In this document: in pieces, positions 39,038-49,181 of the stretch
How the letters are laid out: each line of letters opens with the position of its first letter
Numbering within the stretch: position 1 is the first letter of the stretch
From: Deltaproteobacteria bacterium
Lineage (GTDB): Bacteria > Myxococcota > XYA12-FULL-58-9 > JABJBS01
Direction: 5' to 3'
Length of the DNA stretch: 64,000 nucleotides
NCBI GenBank assembly: GCA_018668695.1
Contig: JABJBS010000095.1
Location: 388 to 64,387, forward strand
Program-made: the position numbers and the translations under genes
Notes under the pieces: model-generated
What the model was told of the DNA's origin: nothing
The model's input: the letters and a program-made list of their open reading frames with translations, nothing else
The model's database searches: none

Positions 39038-39731
39038 GCTTCTTATCGCTCTTCTTAACCGCTTCTCTACGGCCCCACTCTTCTTCCGCTCTCTCTTTCA
39101 CCCACTCTGTACCATTGGTCAAAGAGTCCCGGGTCAAGAAGTTCACAATGAAATCAGGGAAACGGCCCACGACCATTTCAGTCGCATACTCTACCCGCGT
39201 CACGATGGGGTCTTGAGAAACTTCTTCAATTCGCCAATACCCAATAAGATCGATCACATCACTGGTCCGGCCTCGGTCAAGCTCCCAGCTCATATAGCCT
39301 TGCGTCTTATCAAGGGTATTTACGGTGTAGAGTTTCGAGTTGATCCACCAAAACGATAAGTCCATCGCAACAAAGAGCTGGTTACCCACACTGCGGTAAA
39401 CCTTGCACTCATCAACGTTCTTCACCCAATCTTTGTATTTGTCATAGCGAAGAATAGTGTCCCAAATAAGGCTTGATGGGGCTGCGATGTATTGAACAGC
39501 AACCCCTGAGCCACTCTCATTGGTCTCAGACTGACGCGACACCGCACTGCCCTCTTTAAGGAGAACTTCCTCATCAGGCGTCAATTTAAGAAGTTCGGGA
39601 GCACCTTGATAGGGCTTAAGCTGCTCTGGATGTGGGTGCGGTGTAAATAGCTCTGTGGCCTGTGCTGACAACAAAGGCCAACTCATCATTGCCAGAGTCA
39701 TCAGAACTATTTGAGTGAAATTTCTCATCAT
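39027..39731 (-). CDS. Secreted SRPBCC/START-like (Bet v1-fold) protein
   Basis: Signal peptide; the rest is consistent with a START/SRPBCC lipid-binding fold (weak, from sequence pattern only). Confidence 0.4.
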   Translation of the reverse strand: MMRNFTQIVLMTLAMMSWPLLSAQATELFTPHPHPEQLKPYQGAPELLKLTPDEEVLLKEGSAVSRQSETNESGSGVAVQYIAAPSSLIWDTILRYDKYKDWVKNVDECKVYRSVGNQLFVAMDLSFWWINSKLYTVNTLDKTQGYMSWELDRGRTSDVIDLIGYWRIEEVSQDPIVTRVEYATEMVVGRFPDFIVNFLTRDSLTNGTEWVKERAEEEWGRREAVKKSDKKLKE

Positions 39732-39740
39732 GGGTAAATA

Positions 39741-41165
39741 TTAAACATCCCACTTGAAGCCGATAGCAGCCATAAAGACAATCATACGGCTGCTGTAAGA
39801 ACCATCGGCGATTGGCCACTGTTCTTCCGGTGTTCCGTCTTCGCCCAGTTCAGGGTCCCCTGCGTTGGGAACGATGGGATCATCCGATAATGTACCTGTG
39901 TTGGATACAGTTCTTGGAAAGAAGTGAACATGCCCAAAGGCGAGATCGGCCCAAAAGCCGCCAGGGATTTCGATACGAGCACCCAGCGTGGTTCCGATTT
40001 TATCAGCATCAAAGTTGCCCATGTTCACCCAAGTGTCATCCACTGCACTTCTCTCGTAGTAAACACCCGCGCGAGCGGTAAGAAGCTCAGGAATTGCTTC
40101 CCAAGAACCGCCTAAACGTAAGCTGTAGGTGTCTCGCCAGTTAGGCGTAAGTTCAATGATCCCTACGGCACCGGCTTCCGGCAATAGATCCGAAACGACA
40201 TTGATCTGCGTAGCGTCAAAACGGATGGTTTTATTACGGCTCCAGTTTTCATAAACAAACGCCAATTCAATATCATAAAGATTTTTGGTATCGGTGTACC
40301 GTAGACCTGCACGGGCAAGTCCCGGGAGATTGAGGGAAACATTGATTGCATCGCCTTCAAATTCCACCAAACCCTCAAAGTTTCGACCAGGTGTCAACTC
40401 AGCAACACCATCTGCACTCACATCAAATTCCATCTGATAACTAAGCGCCAGCTCTAAACCTTCCACAAGCTCGACCGACATTCCGAAAATGGCACTGGGA
40501 ATAAATGGCTGAGAAGCATCCAGCTGGGTCTGAATATCACACTTCTGGTTTTCCATTTGGCCGCCACAAGCGATGCTCGCATTGAGGTCAAGCGTTTGGT
40601 CAATCTTCATGTAAACGCCCATAAAGGCTGCCCCAAAACGAAGCTTATTCCAGCCCGTATCGTATGCGAGGGCCAAGGCGTAGTGCGCTTGAACATTCAA
40701 ACTCTTCACCAAGGAATAACGCTGAGAGCCTTCCGGATCGAAAACCATATCCGCGCGAGGTGGACCCCACAAACCAAATCCCATAGTGAGACCTTCAAGG
40801 CCGAGGCCTGCAAAGTTATAGGATAGAAATAAGTTTGGGCTGGGGATTGGGTCTGATTCGTTCTTTACTTCGTCCCACGGATCTTGCGGTCCCTGACCTT
40901 CAACCGGAACACGCTGAAAAGTGCGAAAGTCTTTAATCATGTTGGCGCCCAGAACAAGCTGAAAGCCATCAAGGCCGGCAAGGGCCGCAGGGTTTAAATA
41001 AACAGCGCTTGGGTCACCGGGCTGCACAAGGTTGGCTCCAGCTCGGCCGTAGCTACTCACGCCCTGGTCCAAGTTCCAAAATGCGGCAGCAAGCGCGCTG
41101 GTTGGCATCATACTGAGCACTGCAAACAAGGCACAGAGGCGAAGCTGATTCGTCTTAAATCGCAT
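39741..41165 (-). CDS. FadL/OmpP1/TodX-family outer-membrane hydrophobic-compound channel
   Basis: Signal peptide; …GANLVQPGDPSAVYLNPAALAGL… characteristic FadL N-terminal hatch motif (NPA); C-terminal aromatic residue. Confidence 0.7.
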   Translation of the reverse strand: MRFKTNQLRLCALFAVLSMMPTSALAAAFWNLDQGVSSYGRAGANLVQPGDPSAVYLNPAALAGLDGFQLVLGANMIKDFRTFQRVPVEGQGPQDPWDEVKNESDPIPSPNLFLSYNFAGLGLEGLTMGFGLWGPPRADMVFDPEGSQRYSLVKSLNVQAHYALALAYDTGWNKLRFGAAFMGVYMKIDQTLDLNASIACGGQMENQKCDIQTQLDASQPFIPSAIFGMSVELVEGLELALSYQMEFDVSADGVAELTPGRNFEGLVEFEGDAINVSLNLPGLARAGLRYTDTKNLYDIELAFVYENWSRNKTIRFDATQINVVSDLLPEAGAVGIIELTPNWRDTYSLRLGGSWEAIPELLTARAGVYYERSAVDDTWVNMGNFDADKIGTTLGARIEIPGGFWADLAFGHVHFFPRTVSNTGTLSDDPIVPNAGDPELGEDGTPEEQWPIADGSYSSRMIVFMAAIGFKWDV

Positions 41166-41436
41166 ACCAAAACTCTCCAATATCGATTTCCCCGCACACA
41201 CTGTGTTTCACCGCCGGGACTTGGCAACAAAACCTATAACCAATTGTGCGCACCCCCAGAAACCAGAAGCAGCCTAGACAGTCAACTTGAAGTGCCCAAG
41301 CTCACGATTTTTAAAATGTACTTTGGGAGTCAGGGACTTGATCCAGTGAAGTTCAGACCCAAAAACCCCTCTGGTATCCTTAAGTCAGACCAATAAGAAA
41401 CCAACGTTGCTCGACCTAGCCTCAGAGTTTGAATAA

Positions 41437-42255
41437 ATGATCTGTATGAGCACTGACCTGACATCCCTGATTTCGGCCCTCAAAGCCATCGCCCCCACTC
41501 AGCTCGCAGCAGACTGGGACAACGTAGGACTCCTGGTTGAAGGAACACCTAATCGTAAAATCGAGACGGTCTTTTTCTGCATCGACCTCACACACCCTGT
41601 GCTCGACGAAGCCATCGGTGCAAAGGCAGACGTCATCGTGGCTTACCATCCTCCTATTTTTGGCGGCCTCAAACGCCTCACACGGCGCTCCCCTGGCCAG
41701 CACTTAATGATTCGTATCATTGAGGCGGGCATCTCGGTTTGGTCACCTCACACCGCTTTGGATGCGGCCAAAGACGGACTCTGCGATTGGCTCCTAGATG
41801 GTGCTGGGGAAATGAAAGAACGAGAAATCATTGAGGCATGTCCAGCTGCAGTAGAAAATTTAGAAGTCGGTATGGGGCGTACCGGGCGGCTGAAAGAACC
41901 CGTGACGCTGCCGGAAATGGTTAAGCGCATCAAAGCTTTTCTTCGTTTAGAAAACCTTCGTCTCGCTTCAGCAACTCGTCATGCAGAAGGTAAAGCCATC
42001 AAACGCGTGTCAGTCTGCCCAGGAGCGGGCGGCTCTTTGTTTACGAAAGTACGATTCACCGACCTGCTCATCACTGGAGAGATGCGCCATCACGATGTAC
42101 TTGGAAAACTCGCGGCCGGTACATCTGTGATTCTTACCGACCATACCAATACCGAGCGGGGCTACCTGCCCATTTTAGCATCAAGAGTAAGTGAGGCGAC
42201 CGGTGTAAAAACTCACGTATCGGCCTTGGACGCCGATCCACTGGTGATTGTTTAA
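41437..42255 (+). CDS. NIF3-family dinuclear-metal-centre protein (YqfO-like)
   Basis: …DWDNVGLLVEG…VIVAYHPPIFGG…; C-terminal …LTDHTNTERGYL. Confidence 0.8.
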   Translation: MICMSTDLTSLISALKAIAPTQLAADWDNVGLLVEGTPNRKIETVFFCIDLTHPVLDEAIGAKADVIVAYHPPIFGGLKRLTRRSPGQHLMIRIIEAGISVWSPHTALDAAKDGLCDWLLDGAGEMKEREIIEACPAAVENLEVGMGRTGRLKEPVTLPEMVKRIKAFLRLENLRLASATRHAEGKAIKRVSVCPGAGGSLFTKVRFTDLLITGEMRHHDVLGKLAAGTSVILTDHTNTERGYLPILASRVSEATGVKTHVSALDADPLVIV

Positions 42256-42292
42256 AATTCTCGCTTCAGCAGTATTCAATACACATTGAGGC

Positions 42293-42323
42293 AAAAAAAA
42301 GGACCGCAGAAGCGGTCCTTTTT
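42293..42323. terminator. Bidirectional Rho-independent terminator between nif3 (+) and rpsI (-)
   Basis: A8 – ggaccgc aga a gcggtcc – T5: a perfect 7-bp GC stem flanked by A and T runs. Confidence 0.65.
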
Positions 42324-42349
42324 GAATATCCGATTGGGATACGTGCTGA

Positions 42350-42757
42350 TTAGCGCTTGCTAAACTGGAAGCGCTTACGAGCACCAGGCTGACCTGGTTT
42401 CTGACGCTCAACCTTACGAGAGTCACGGCGAAGAAAGCCGGCTTTCTTGAGGCTTGCGCGAAGGTCGCCGTTCATTTCAAGGAGTGCACGTGAAAGACCG
42501 TGACGAATTGCACCAGCTTGGCCGCTAAGACCGCCACCAGAAACATTCACAACGAGGTCCATCTTGCCAAGCTGCTCGACCAACTCAAGTGGTTGGCGAA
42601 GAACCATCTTCAGAGTTTCACGTCCGAAGTAGTCGTCGATTGGACGCTTGTTAATCGTGATTTTGCCGTCGCCGGGACGCAACCAAACACGAGCTGTGCT
42701 CGACTTACGACGTCCTGTTCCGTACCATTGTACTAATTCTTCAGCCATTACCTTCAT
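42350..42757 (-). CDS. rpsI: 30S ribosomal protein S9
   Basis: …[13 protein letters not shown]…; C-terminal …RKRFQFSKR. Confidence 0.9.
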   Translation of the reverse strand: MKVMAEELVQWYGTGRRKSSTARVWLRPGDGKITINKRPIDDYFGRETLKMVLRQPLELVEQLGKMDLVVNVSGGGLSGQAGAIRHGLSRALLEMNGDLRASLKKAGFLRRDSRKVERQKPGQPGARKRFQFSKR

Positions 42758-42779
42758 TCCTTGTTTCGATCAGTGTCTC

Positions 42780-43208
42780 TTAGAAAGAGAGTTCCTGTGG
42801 GTTTTGAGCTGTGTGTGGATGCTCAGATCCAACGTATACTTTGAGCTTGCTGAACATCTCACGTCCCAAAGGACCTTTTGGCAGCATTCCCCAAACAGCC
42901 TTCTTCACGAGGTCTTCTGGATGCTTAGCACGAAGCTCAGCAGCAGAAACACTTCTAAGGCCGCCAACCCAACCAGTGTGGTGACGATAACGCTTGTCGG
43001 TTTCTTTTTTGCCAGTAAGCTTAACTTTTTCAGCATTGAGAACGACGACGAAGTCACCGGTATCTGCATGTGCAGTAAAAGTAGGCTTGTGCTTGCCACG
43101 AAGAATCTTGGCAATTTCACTGGCCATCCGGCCCAATACCTGGTCGTCAGCATCAACTACGAACCAGCTTCGATCAATTTCATGCTTCGCAAAGCTTTTT
43201 GTTTTCAT
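42780..43208 (-). CDS. rplM: 50S ribosomal protein L13
   Basis: [42 protein letters not shown]… canonical L13. Confidence 0.9.
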   Translation of the reverse strand: MKTKSFAKHEIDRSWFVVDADDQVLGRMASEIAKILRGKHKPTFTAHADTGDFVVVLNAEKVKLTGKKETDKRYRHHTGWVGGLRSVSAAELRAKHPEDLVKKAVWGMLPKGPLGREMFSKLKVYVGSEHPHTAQNPQELSF

Positions 43209-43284
43209 CACTATACCTCGGGCTTTTTGGAACCCATTCCTCGAGCACGAACCAGAGTCTGGCACGGCGAGGTTCAATTACAGA

Positions 43285-43320
43285 GCGGCGCTTCTATGTA
43301 ACCCAGTGATTCTTGTCAAG
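43285..43320 (-). promoter_or_regulatory. Candidate sigma70-type promoter for rplM-rpsI (TTGACA -35 at 43314-43319)
   Basis: Minus-strand cTTGACAagaatcactgggttaCATAGAag; the -10 element is weak. Confidence 0.3.
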
Positions 43321-43372
43321 ATTATCCAGCCAAGAACATGCCCTCTTCGTCTCTCACGATCCAAAACACCGA

Positions 43373-43996
43373 TCATTCTACTGATTCTTGGGGCTTTTTC
43401 CCGATCCCGACCAAAAAAACCTCGGTGCTTTCCTTACGAGTTGCCTTCGGTCGATGCCTTTCAACCTTCAAATAACTTGCCCGCATGCGCTTCACCAACG
43501 CCTCAATTTCCCCACCTTCGAGTAATTTCGCCACCACAGCGCCCCCGGTTTTGAGGAAATTATCCGCTATATCGAGAGCTCTTTCGACCAAAGCAGCACT
43601 TCGTAGATGATCTGTGGCACGGTTACCCGTAGTTGACGGAGCCATATCTGAGACTATGACGTGAAAGAGTCCACCGAGTTCCTCGAGCGATATCTCATAA
43701 ATATCACCCACGCGGGCTTCCGCGTTGGCCGGGAGGGTCGTTTCAACGGGCTTGAGATCGTAACCGAGCACTTGACCCTTATCGCCTACTCGGCGCGACG
43801 TGTACTGCATCCAAGAGCCTGGAGAGCAGCCCAAATCTAAAACCCGGGTTCCAGGTCGAATGATATTGGACTTTTTATCGATTTCTTCGAGTTTGTAGTA
43901 GGAGCGCGCAGCATTTCCCTCACGCTTGGCGCGCCGAGCAAAATGGTCTTGGGCTCGCTTATTACGCCCTGATTTTCGTTGGTGTGATTTTGCCAT
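43373..43996 (-). CDS. rlmE: 23S rRNA (uridine2552-2'-O)-methyltransferase RlmE/FtsJ
   Basis: …RSYYKLEEID…VLDLGCSPGSW… SAM-binding motif; …VVSDMAP…. Confidence 0.85.
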   Translation of the reverse strand: MAKSHQRKSGRNKRAQDHFARRAKREGNAARSYYKLEEIDKKSNIIRPGTRVLDLGCSPGSWMQYTSRRVGDKGQVLGYDLKPVETTLPANAEARVGDIYEISLEELGGLFHVIVSDMAPSTTGNRATDHLRSAALVERALDIADNFLKTGGAVVAKLLEGGEIEALVKRMRASYLKVERHRPKATRKESTEVFLVGIGKKPQESVE

Positions 43997-44070
43997 AACT
44001 TATGAGGACCGCGCCTAACACGTTGTCTCCCAGCTGACCACAGGGAACCGCCGCAAATGGAATCTGAGCA

Positions 44071-44925
44071 TCAACTCTGCGCTCCACGATTTTCATAACA
44101 CTCTGCGATAGCCACAAACTGCTCTACCGTCAGCCTCTCCGCCCGCAAGCCCGGATCAATGGAGATCGATTCCAGCATCGCCACCACTTCATCCGCTGCC
44201 AAACCAAGCCCACGGCTCAAAGTATTACGTAAGGTTTTTCGACGCGTAGAAAACGCTGCCTTCACGACATCTTCGAAGCTTTTGCCGCTCGGTCCGCCCG
44301 GTTCTTGCTCTTTTCGAGTCAAGACCACAACGCTGGAGTCAACCTTAGGCGGGGGATGAAAAGCCTGCGGCGGCACATGACGAGCAATTTTCCCGTTGAA
44401 ACTTCGCTGCACCAACACACTGAGCAAGCCGTACGTTTTATTCCCCGGCTCAGCCACCAACCGCTCGGCGACTTCTTTTTGAATCATCACCACAATGCGT
44501 TCGACATGCTCGTAAGCCTGAGTGACCGATACCAAAATTCGGCTCGATATTTGGTACGGTAGATTCCCCACAACCGTCAGCGGGTGACCGATTTCCTCAC
44601 GAAGGGCGGCATAATCAAGCTTGGCCGCATCTTCCTCGCGTACTTCAAGTCCATCGGCCCACTCAAAAACTTGTCGTAAAACCGGAGCGATTTCACGGTC
44701 TCGTTCAATCGCCAGAACTTGCCCGCCTTGTTTGAGCAGGTGCCAAGTAAGAGCGCCGGTACCCGGACCAAGCTCCACAACGCGAATCTCACGCTTGTTC
44801 AGTGCGTGCCCTGCAATAATAGCCAAGATGTTCTGGTCAGTTAGGAAGTTTTGACCCCAACTTTTTTTAGGTTTGAGGCCGGCAAGGGCCAACACATCCT
44901 TAGGCTTCGGCGGCGACTCAGTCAT
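44071..44925 (-). CDS. rsmA: 16S rRNA (adenine1518/1519-N6)-dimethyltransferase RsmA/KsgA
   Basis: KKSWGQNFL signature; ELGPGTGALT; start taken at the internal Met to avoid a long overlap with tsaD. Confidence 0.8.
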   Translation of the reverse strand: MTESPPKPKDVLALAGLKPKKSWGQNFLTDQNILAIIAGHALNKREIRVVELGPGTGALTWHLLKQGGQVLAIERDREIAPVLRQVFEWADGLEVREEDAAKLDYAALREEIGHPLTVVGNLPYQISSRILVSVTQAYEHVERIVVMIQKEVAERLVAEPGNKTYGLLSVLVQRSFNGKIARHVPPQAFHPPPKVDSSVVVLTRKEQEPGGPSGKSFEDVVKAAFSTRRKTLRNTLSRGLGLAADEVVAMLESISIDPGLRAERLTVEQFVAIAECYENRGAQS

Positions 44926-45943
44926 GACTTGGTACCTCAAGGTCACCCAAGGGCCAGCGGCTGCGTACTTCTGTGCTCCAAGGTGTGGTTTCACCATTTT
45001 GCAATCGAGTCCAACCGGCAGCAGCAATCATCGCCGCATTATCCGTGCATAAAACCCGGGGAGGCAAAAACGCCCACATCTTATTGTTGTGACACCGCTC
45101 TTCTAAAAGTGCTCGCACTCGAGAGTTGGCCGCCACACCTCCAGCCACCACGATGCCTTCAACACCACAACGTTTGGCCGCAGCCACTGCTTTTTTCGTA
45201 AGAATGTCAGCTATCGCTTCCTGCAAGGATGCACAGAAATCATTAAGTTCTTGGCCTTCCAAGGCTCCACCGTGCTCCCGAATATAATTGATTCCAGCGG
45301 TTTTAAGCCCGGAGAAAGAAAAATCGAAATGTTTTGTTGTATTCATACCGCGAGGCAAAGAAATCGCCTTCGGGTTGCCGTCTTGCGCCAGCCTATCCAC
45401 GTGGATACCGCCTGGGTATCCCAGCCCAAGCACCTTAGCCACTTTATCAAATGCCTCACCCGCCGCATCATCCCGCGTGCCTCCCAGAAGCTCATACGAG
45501 CCAAAGGATTGCACATGGTAGAGATGAGTGTGGCCGCCGCTCACAACCAAAGCCACATGGGGATAACTTGGGGCTTCTTGCGCCAGCAATGCTGCAGAAA
45601 TATGCCCCTCTAGGTGATTTACACCGACCATCGGGATCCCACGTGCCATCGCAATGCCTTTGGCTACCTGAGCGCCCACCAAGAGGCATCCGACCAAACC
45701 TGGGCCTGTGGTCACGGCTACCCCATCGATTTCGCTCATCCCGCCCAGGGGCTCTACGGCCTGTTCGACGACTTCTACGATCTTATGAATGTGCTCTCGT
45801 GAAGCGATTTCCGGTACAACACCCCCGAACTGAGCGTGGGTTTTAACCTGAGAGTGGATGATATTGGTCAGAATTTTCGGACCGTCTTCCACGACCGCTG
45901 CCGCCGTTTCATCGCAGCTGGTTTCAATGCCTAAAACTTTCAT
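44918..45943 (-). CDS. tsaD: tRNA N6-adenosine threonylcarbamoyltransferase TsaD
   Basis: MKVLGIETSCDETAAAVV…; HLEGH metal-binding motif; GGVAAN. Confidence 0.85.
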   Translation of the reverse strand: MKVLGIETSCDETAAAVVEDGPKILTNIIHSQVKTHAQFGGVVPEIASREHIHKIVEVVEQAVEPLGGMSEIDGVAVTTGPGLVGCLLVGAQVAKGIAMARGIPMVGVNHLEGHISAALLAQEAPSYPHVALVVSGGHTHLYHVQSFGSYELLGGTRDDAAGEAFDKVAKVLGLGYPGGIHVDRLAQDGNPKAISLPRGMNTTKHFDFSFSGLKTAGINYIREHGGALEGQELNDFCASLQEAIADILTKKAVAAAKRCGVEGIVVAGGVAANSRVRALLEERCHNNKMWAFLPPRVLCTDNAAMIAAAGWTRLQNGETTPWSTEVRSRWPLGDLEVPSHD

Positions 45944-45991
45944 GATGCCCCGCGTACTAGAAACAACCCACAATGTGCAATATGGAACCGT

Positions 45992-46936
45992 ATGCACCGG
46001 CACCATTGGATACTGATTGCGGCACTCTTTTCGCTAAATTGCACGCCGCAAGAACCTCACCGTGAACCCATGTTGCCTACAGAACCGCTCAAAAAGGGCC
46101 CTATTGGAGGTTTTGACGAAGAAAAGTCAGCCTCAGACATGCCCAAGCTCGATCCCCTTCCTCGCAAAGCCAAAAAAGATATTCAACAATGGTTCAGGTC
46201 GGTCGGTCCCATCCGTGCCAACGAATCTTTTGGAGAGCTTATCACTCGGGCAGCTCGGCACCACCTCCACAAGCCATATTTAAACCCCGAACAATCCTCC
46301 GGCCCTGAAATCCTCGACACAACTTTGGAAACATTTCAGTGTGTCTCTTTGGTAGAAACCAGCATGTCTCTGGCCCGCTGCCTTTGGATGGGTACCCCCA
46401 ACCCGCGGTGCTATCGAGATGAAATTGCAGCCACCCGTTACCGAGATGGACGCATGGGGGGCTATGCCTCACGTCTTCACTACTTTTATGACTGGTTAGA
46501 GGACAACTCGCGCCGTGAGCGCCTGGCCTGGATGACAGACTCTCTCGGAGGCGAGAGGGTTTATCGAAAATTCTCAATTATGACCGCACACCCTAAAAAA
46601 TACCCCGCGCTCTCTGACCCACTGATTTTCGAACAAATTAAAAGTTTAGAAGACAATCTCAACGAGTCCGAGCTTTTTTGGATTCCCTCAACACAAGTTG
46701 AAAATCTACAAGCTCAACTTAAAGAAGGCGATGTGATTGGCGTGATTACCCACACCAAAGGCCTCTTGATCAGTCACACAGGACTGGTTTCATTTGGCGA
46801 CGACAACAAGCCACATTATCTTCATGCGTCGAGTCACCATAAACGGGTGGTGTTTACGCCCGGTTCTATCGCGGAATACATGCTGGCTCAGAAAAAACGA
46901 AAAGGGATTGTGGTGGCGAGGCCACTGGCACCGTAA
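45992..46936 (+). CDS. Lipoprotein, DUF1460-like (amidase/transglutaminase-fold?)
   Basis: Signal/lipobox (FSLNC); conserved-looking core …RYRDGRMGGYASRLHYFYDW…; family assignment tentative. Confidence 0.4.
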   Translation: MHRHHWILIAALFSLNCTPQEPHREPMLPTEPLKKGPIGGFDEEKSASDMPKLDPLPRKAKKDIQQWFRSVGPIRANESFGELITRAARHHLHKPYLNPEQSSGPEILDTTLETFQCVSLVETSMSLARCLWMGTPNPRCYRDEIAATRYRDGRMGGYASRLHYFYDWLEDNSRRERLAWMTDSLGGERVYRKFSIMTAHPKKYPALSDPLIFEQIKSLEDNLNESELFWIPSTQVENLQAQLKEGDVIGVITHTKGLLISHTGLVSFGDDNKPHYLHASSHHKRVVFTPGSIAEYMLAQKKRKGIVVARPLAP

Positions 46937-48673
46937 TTAACTATCTGCGCTTTCGCCCCAGATAAATTCAGCAATGACGCTGTTACCATTCCCATAATAG
47001 GAAACGTTTTCACAGATTGTCTTCACCAGCGCGATGCCTCGGCCGCTGTGAGAATAATTCGTAGCGAGCCCCGAAAGTGTACCTTCGTGGTCAAACCCTG
47101 GTCCGGTATCGGTCACTTTAATCGTTAAGCGACCACCTTCCTCAAACGGTACATGCTCGAAATCAAATCGGATGCTACCCTCTCTAAGCTCAGCCAAGCG
47201 TTGCTGACGCATGGCGTAGTACTGACTGAAACCTTCAACGTTCTGTTTCAGGCTCGACTCCAGTCCTAAGAGACCGTGTTCTAGGGCGTTATTAAAGAGC
47301 TCAGCCAAAACGGTATAAAGAGGCTCGCGGTAACCATCGAGGCCTTGCAGCTCGGTTACAACATGCATCAAAACCGGAATTGGGTCGACGATGCGCAGTG
47401 TATCACCGGACAGTTCCAAGCTAGATTGCCAAACCATCGGCAAGCTTTTACGCGTTTCTTTGGCAGGCTCTGCCGCAAACTGCTCAGGATCTGGTTGTTC
47501 ACAACGGATCTCGATCAAAGTCGTATCGTCGGCCTGCTCGCCACCTTTTCGCCAAGCGTTAACGCTCTTACCAATCTCATCAAAGAGGTCGTCGGGATCA
47601 CCCTCGGCCGTGAAGAGCTTCTCTAAGCCTTCCTGACCAAACATTTCACCATCGGGGTTGGAGGCTTCAATCACGCCGTCGGAATAAATATAGATTCTTT
47701 CGTCTTCGCTGATATTCAAACGAACCGGCTGGCATTGTAGATTATCCATCACACCCAGCGGGATACTATGAGATGGAATCCGGCTACGCAGCCCGGTGCC
47801 TGGCTTGTAAATCAATGCATCCGGCACGCCGCCATTCCAAGCAAACACACTTTCGCCGCCAGCTTTAAAGTCGAGGAAACATGCCGCAAAAAAGACTTCG
47901 GTTGGTAATGAGGCCCGTAGCTTACGGTTGATCTCCGTAACGATGGCCGCCAATGAGAAACCTTTACTCGCCATACCGTAAAAAACTTCAGCAACCGGAA
48001 TCGCTCCAACTGCAGCCGGTAGACCGTGTCCTGTGAAATCACCCAGCATAACGTAAAGCGATCCAGAGGGTGTACGGGTTGCCAGAAGTAAGTCGCCATT
48101 AAAAATGGAAACAGGCGAGAGCATGTAACGAATATTGTCGAGGTCCAAACACCCCTTCGGGATAATCTTAGCAAAGACCCGCTCTGCTACCTGATGCTCG
48201 TGCTCCAAACGACTTTGGTGACCCGCAATCTCATCGCGCTGATAACGCATGGTTGCATAAACCGAGCGGATTCGAAGCATCGCGTCGATCTTCGCTTTTA
48301 GGATAACTCGGTTGTAGGGCTTCACGAGGAAGTCATCACCGCCGCACTCAACACATTTGGCCAAAGCCTTTTCATCGGTCACAGCGGTTAGAAAAATGAC
48401 AGGAACGAATCGCTCAGCGCCACGAGATTTGATGAGCTTGGTGGCTTCATAGCCATCCATCACCGGCATCATGACATCCATCAATACGAGATCTGGTTTC
48501 TCGCTATCGAAGATGTCCACCGCTTCTTGGCCATCATTGGCTTCTAAAACGGCATAGCCTTCTCGTTTTAAGATTGCATTGAGTAGAACTCGGTTGATGC
48601 GATCATCATCGACAAGCAAAACCTTGATAGGTCCTTCGGACTCTATTGGTAATATCTCAGGCTCGCCGGTCAT
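46937..48673 (-). CDS. Fusion protein: receiver domain + PP2C/SpoIIE phosphatase + RsbW-type anti-sigma-factor kinase (HATPase_c)
   Basis: Receiver (VDDD…LVLMDVMMPVMDG…K); PP2C (…GDFTGHGLPAA…); C-terminal GHKL ATPase motifs (LAELFNNALEHG, DTGPGF, GRGIAL). Confidence 0.75.
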   Translation of the reverse strand: MTGEPEILPIESEGPIKVLLVDDDRINRVLLNAILKREGYAVLEANDGQEAVDIFDSEKPDLVLMDVMMPVMDGYEATKLIKSRGAERFVPVIFLTAVTDEKALAKCVECGGDDFLVKPYNRVILKAKIDAMLRIRSVYATMRYQRDEIAGHQSRLEHEHQVAERVFAKIIPKGCLDLDNIRYMLSPVSIFNGDLLLATRTPSGSLYVMLGDFTGHGLPAAVGAIPVAEVFYGMASKGFSLAAIVTEINRKLRASLPTEVFFAACFLDFKAGGESVFAWNGGVPDALIYKPGTGLRSRIPSHSIPLGVMDNLQCQPVRLNISEDERIYIYSDGVIEASNPDGEMFGQEGLEKLFTAEGDPDDLFDEIGKSVNAWRKGGEQADDTTLIEIRCEQPDPEQFAAEPAKETRKSLPMVWQSSLELSGDTLRIVDPIPVLMHVVTELQGLDGYREPLYTVLAELFNNALEHGLLGLESSLKQNVEGFSQYYAMRQQRLAELREGSIRFDFEHVPFEEGGRLTIKVTDTGPGFDHEGTLSGLATNYSHSGRGIALVKTICENVSYYGNGNSVIAEFIWGESADS

Positions 48674-48719
48674 CGTACCCCCGAAAGTCAGTGTCTAATA
48701 CACCAACCCAGAAACGAAT

Positions 48720-49040
48720 TTATTCGACCTTGAAGAGCTTCGCGAAGTTGGCCACTTTAAGAATGTTCTTAATCTGTGGTCTACAATTCACGATGCGAAT
48801 ATCTGCTTGGTCACCGCCAGCATGCTCTCGCATAAGCAGCAGCATACCCAAGGCAGAGCTATCTAGATATTCAGCAGATGCCATGTCGATGACGTACGCC
48901 AAATTCGACTGCGACACCGCCTCATATGCTTTTCTAAATTCCTGATGGGAACTAAAATCAAAACGACCTGAAATTTTAATCGTCAGTTGAGCGCCGTCGC
49001 TCGCCAGCTCGGATGTAACAGCCATGGAAGGCCCTCCCAA
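48720..49040 (-). CDS. STAS-domain anti-sigma-factor antagonist (RsbV/SpoIIAA-like)
   Basis: …YVIDMASAEYLDSSALGMLLL… with the conserved phosphorylatable Ser in the DSSALG context. Confidence 0.75.
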   Translation of the reverse strand: MGGPSMAVTSELASDGAQLTIKISGRFDFSSHQEFRKAYEAVSQSNLAYVIDMASAEYLDSSALGMLLLMREHAGGDQADIRIVNCRPQIKNILKVANFAKLFKVE

Positions 49041-49181
49041 GTGCCTAAGTCCTTAAAATAATTAAGGCAGGTTCTTCGCGAACCAATACCCTATTTTTGC
49101 CACACTCTAGAAGGCAGTTGCAAATCCTGCTTTCAGCAATTGTGTGAAATGGGGGGTCAAATCGCCTCTAGAACCGTCGAT

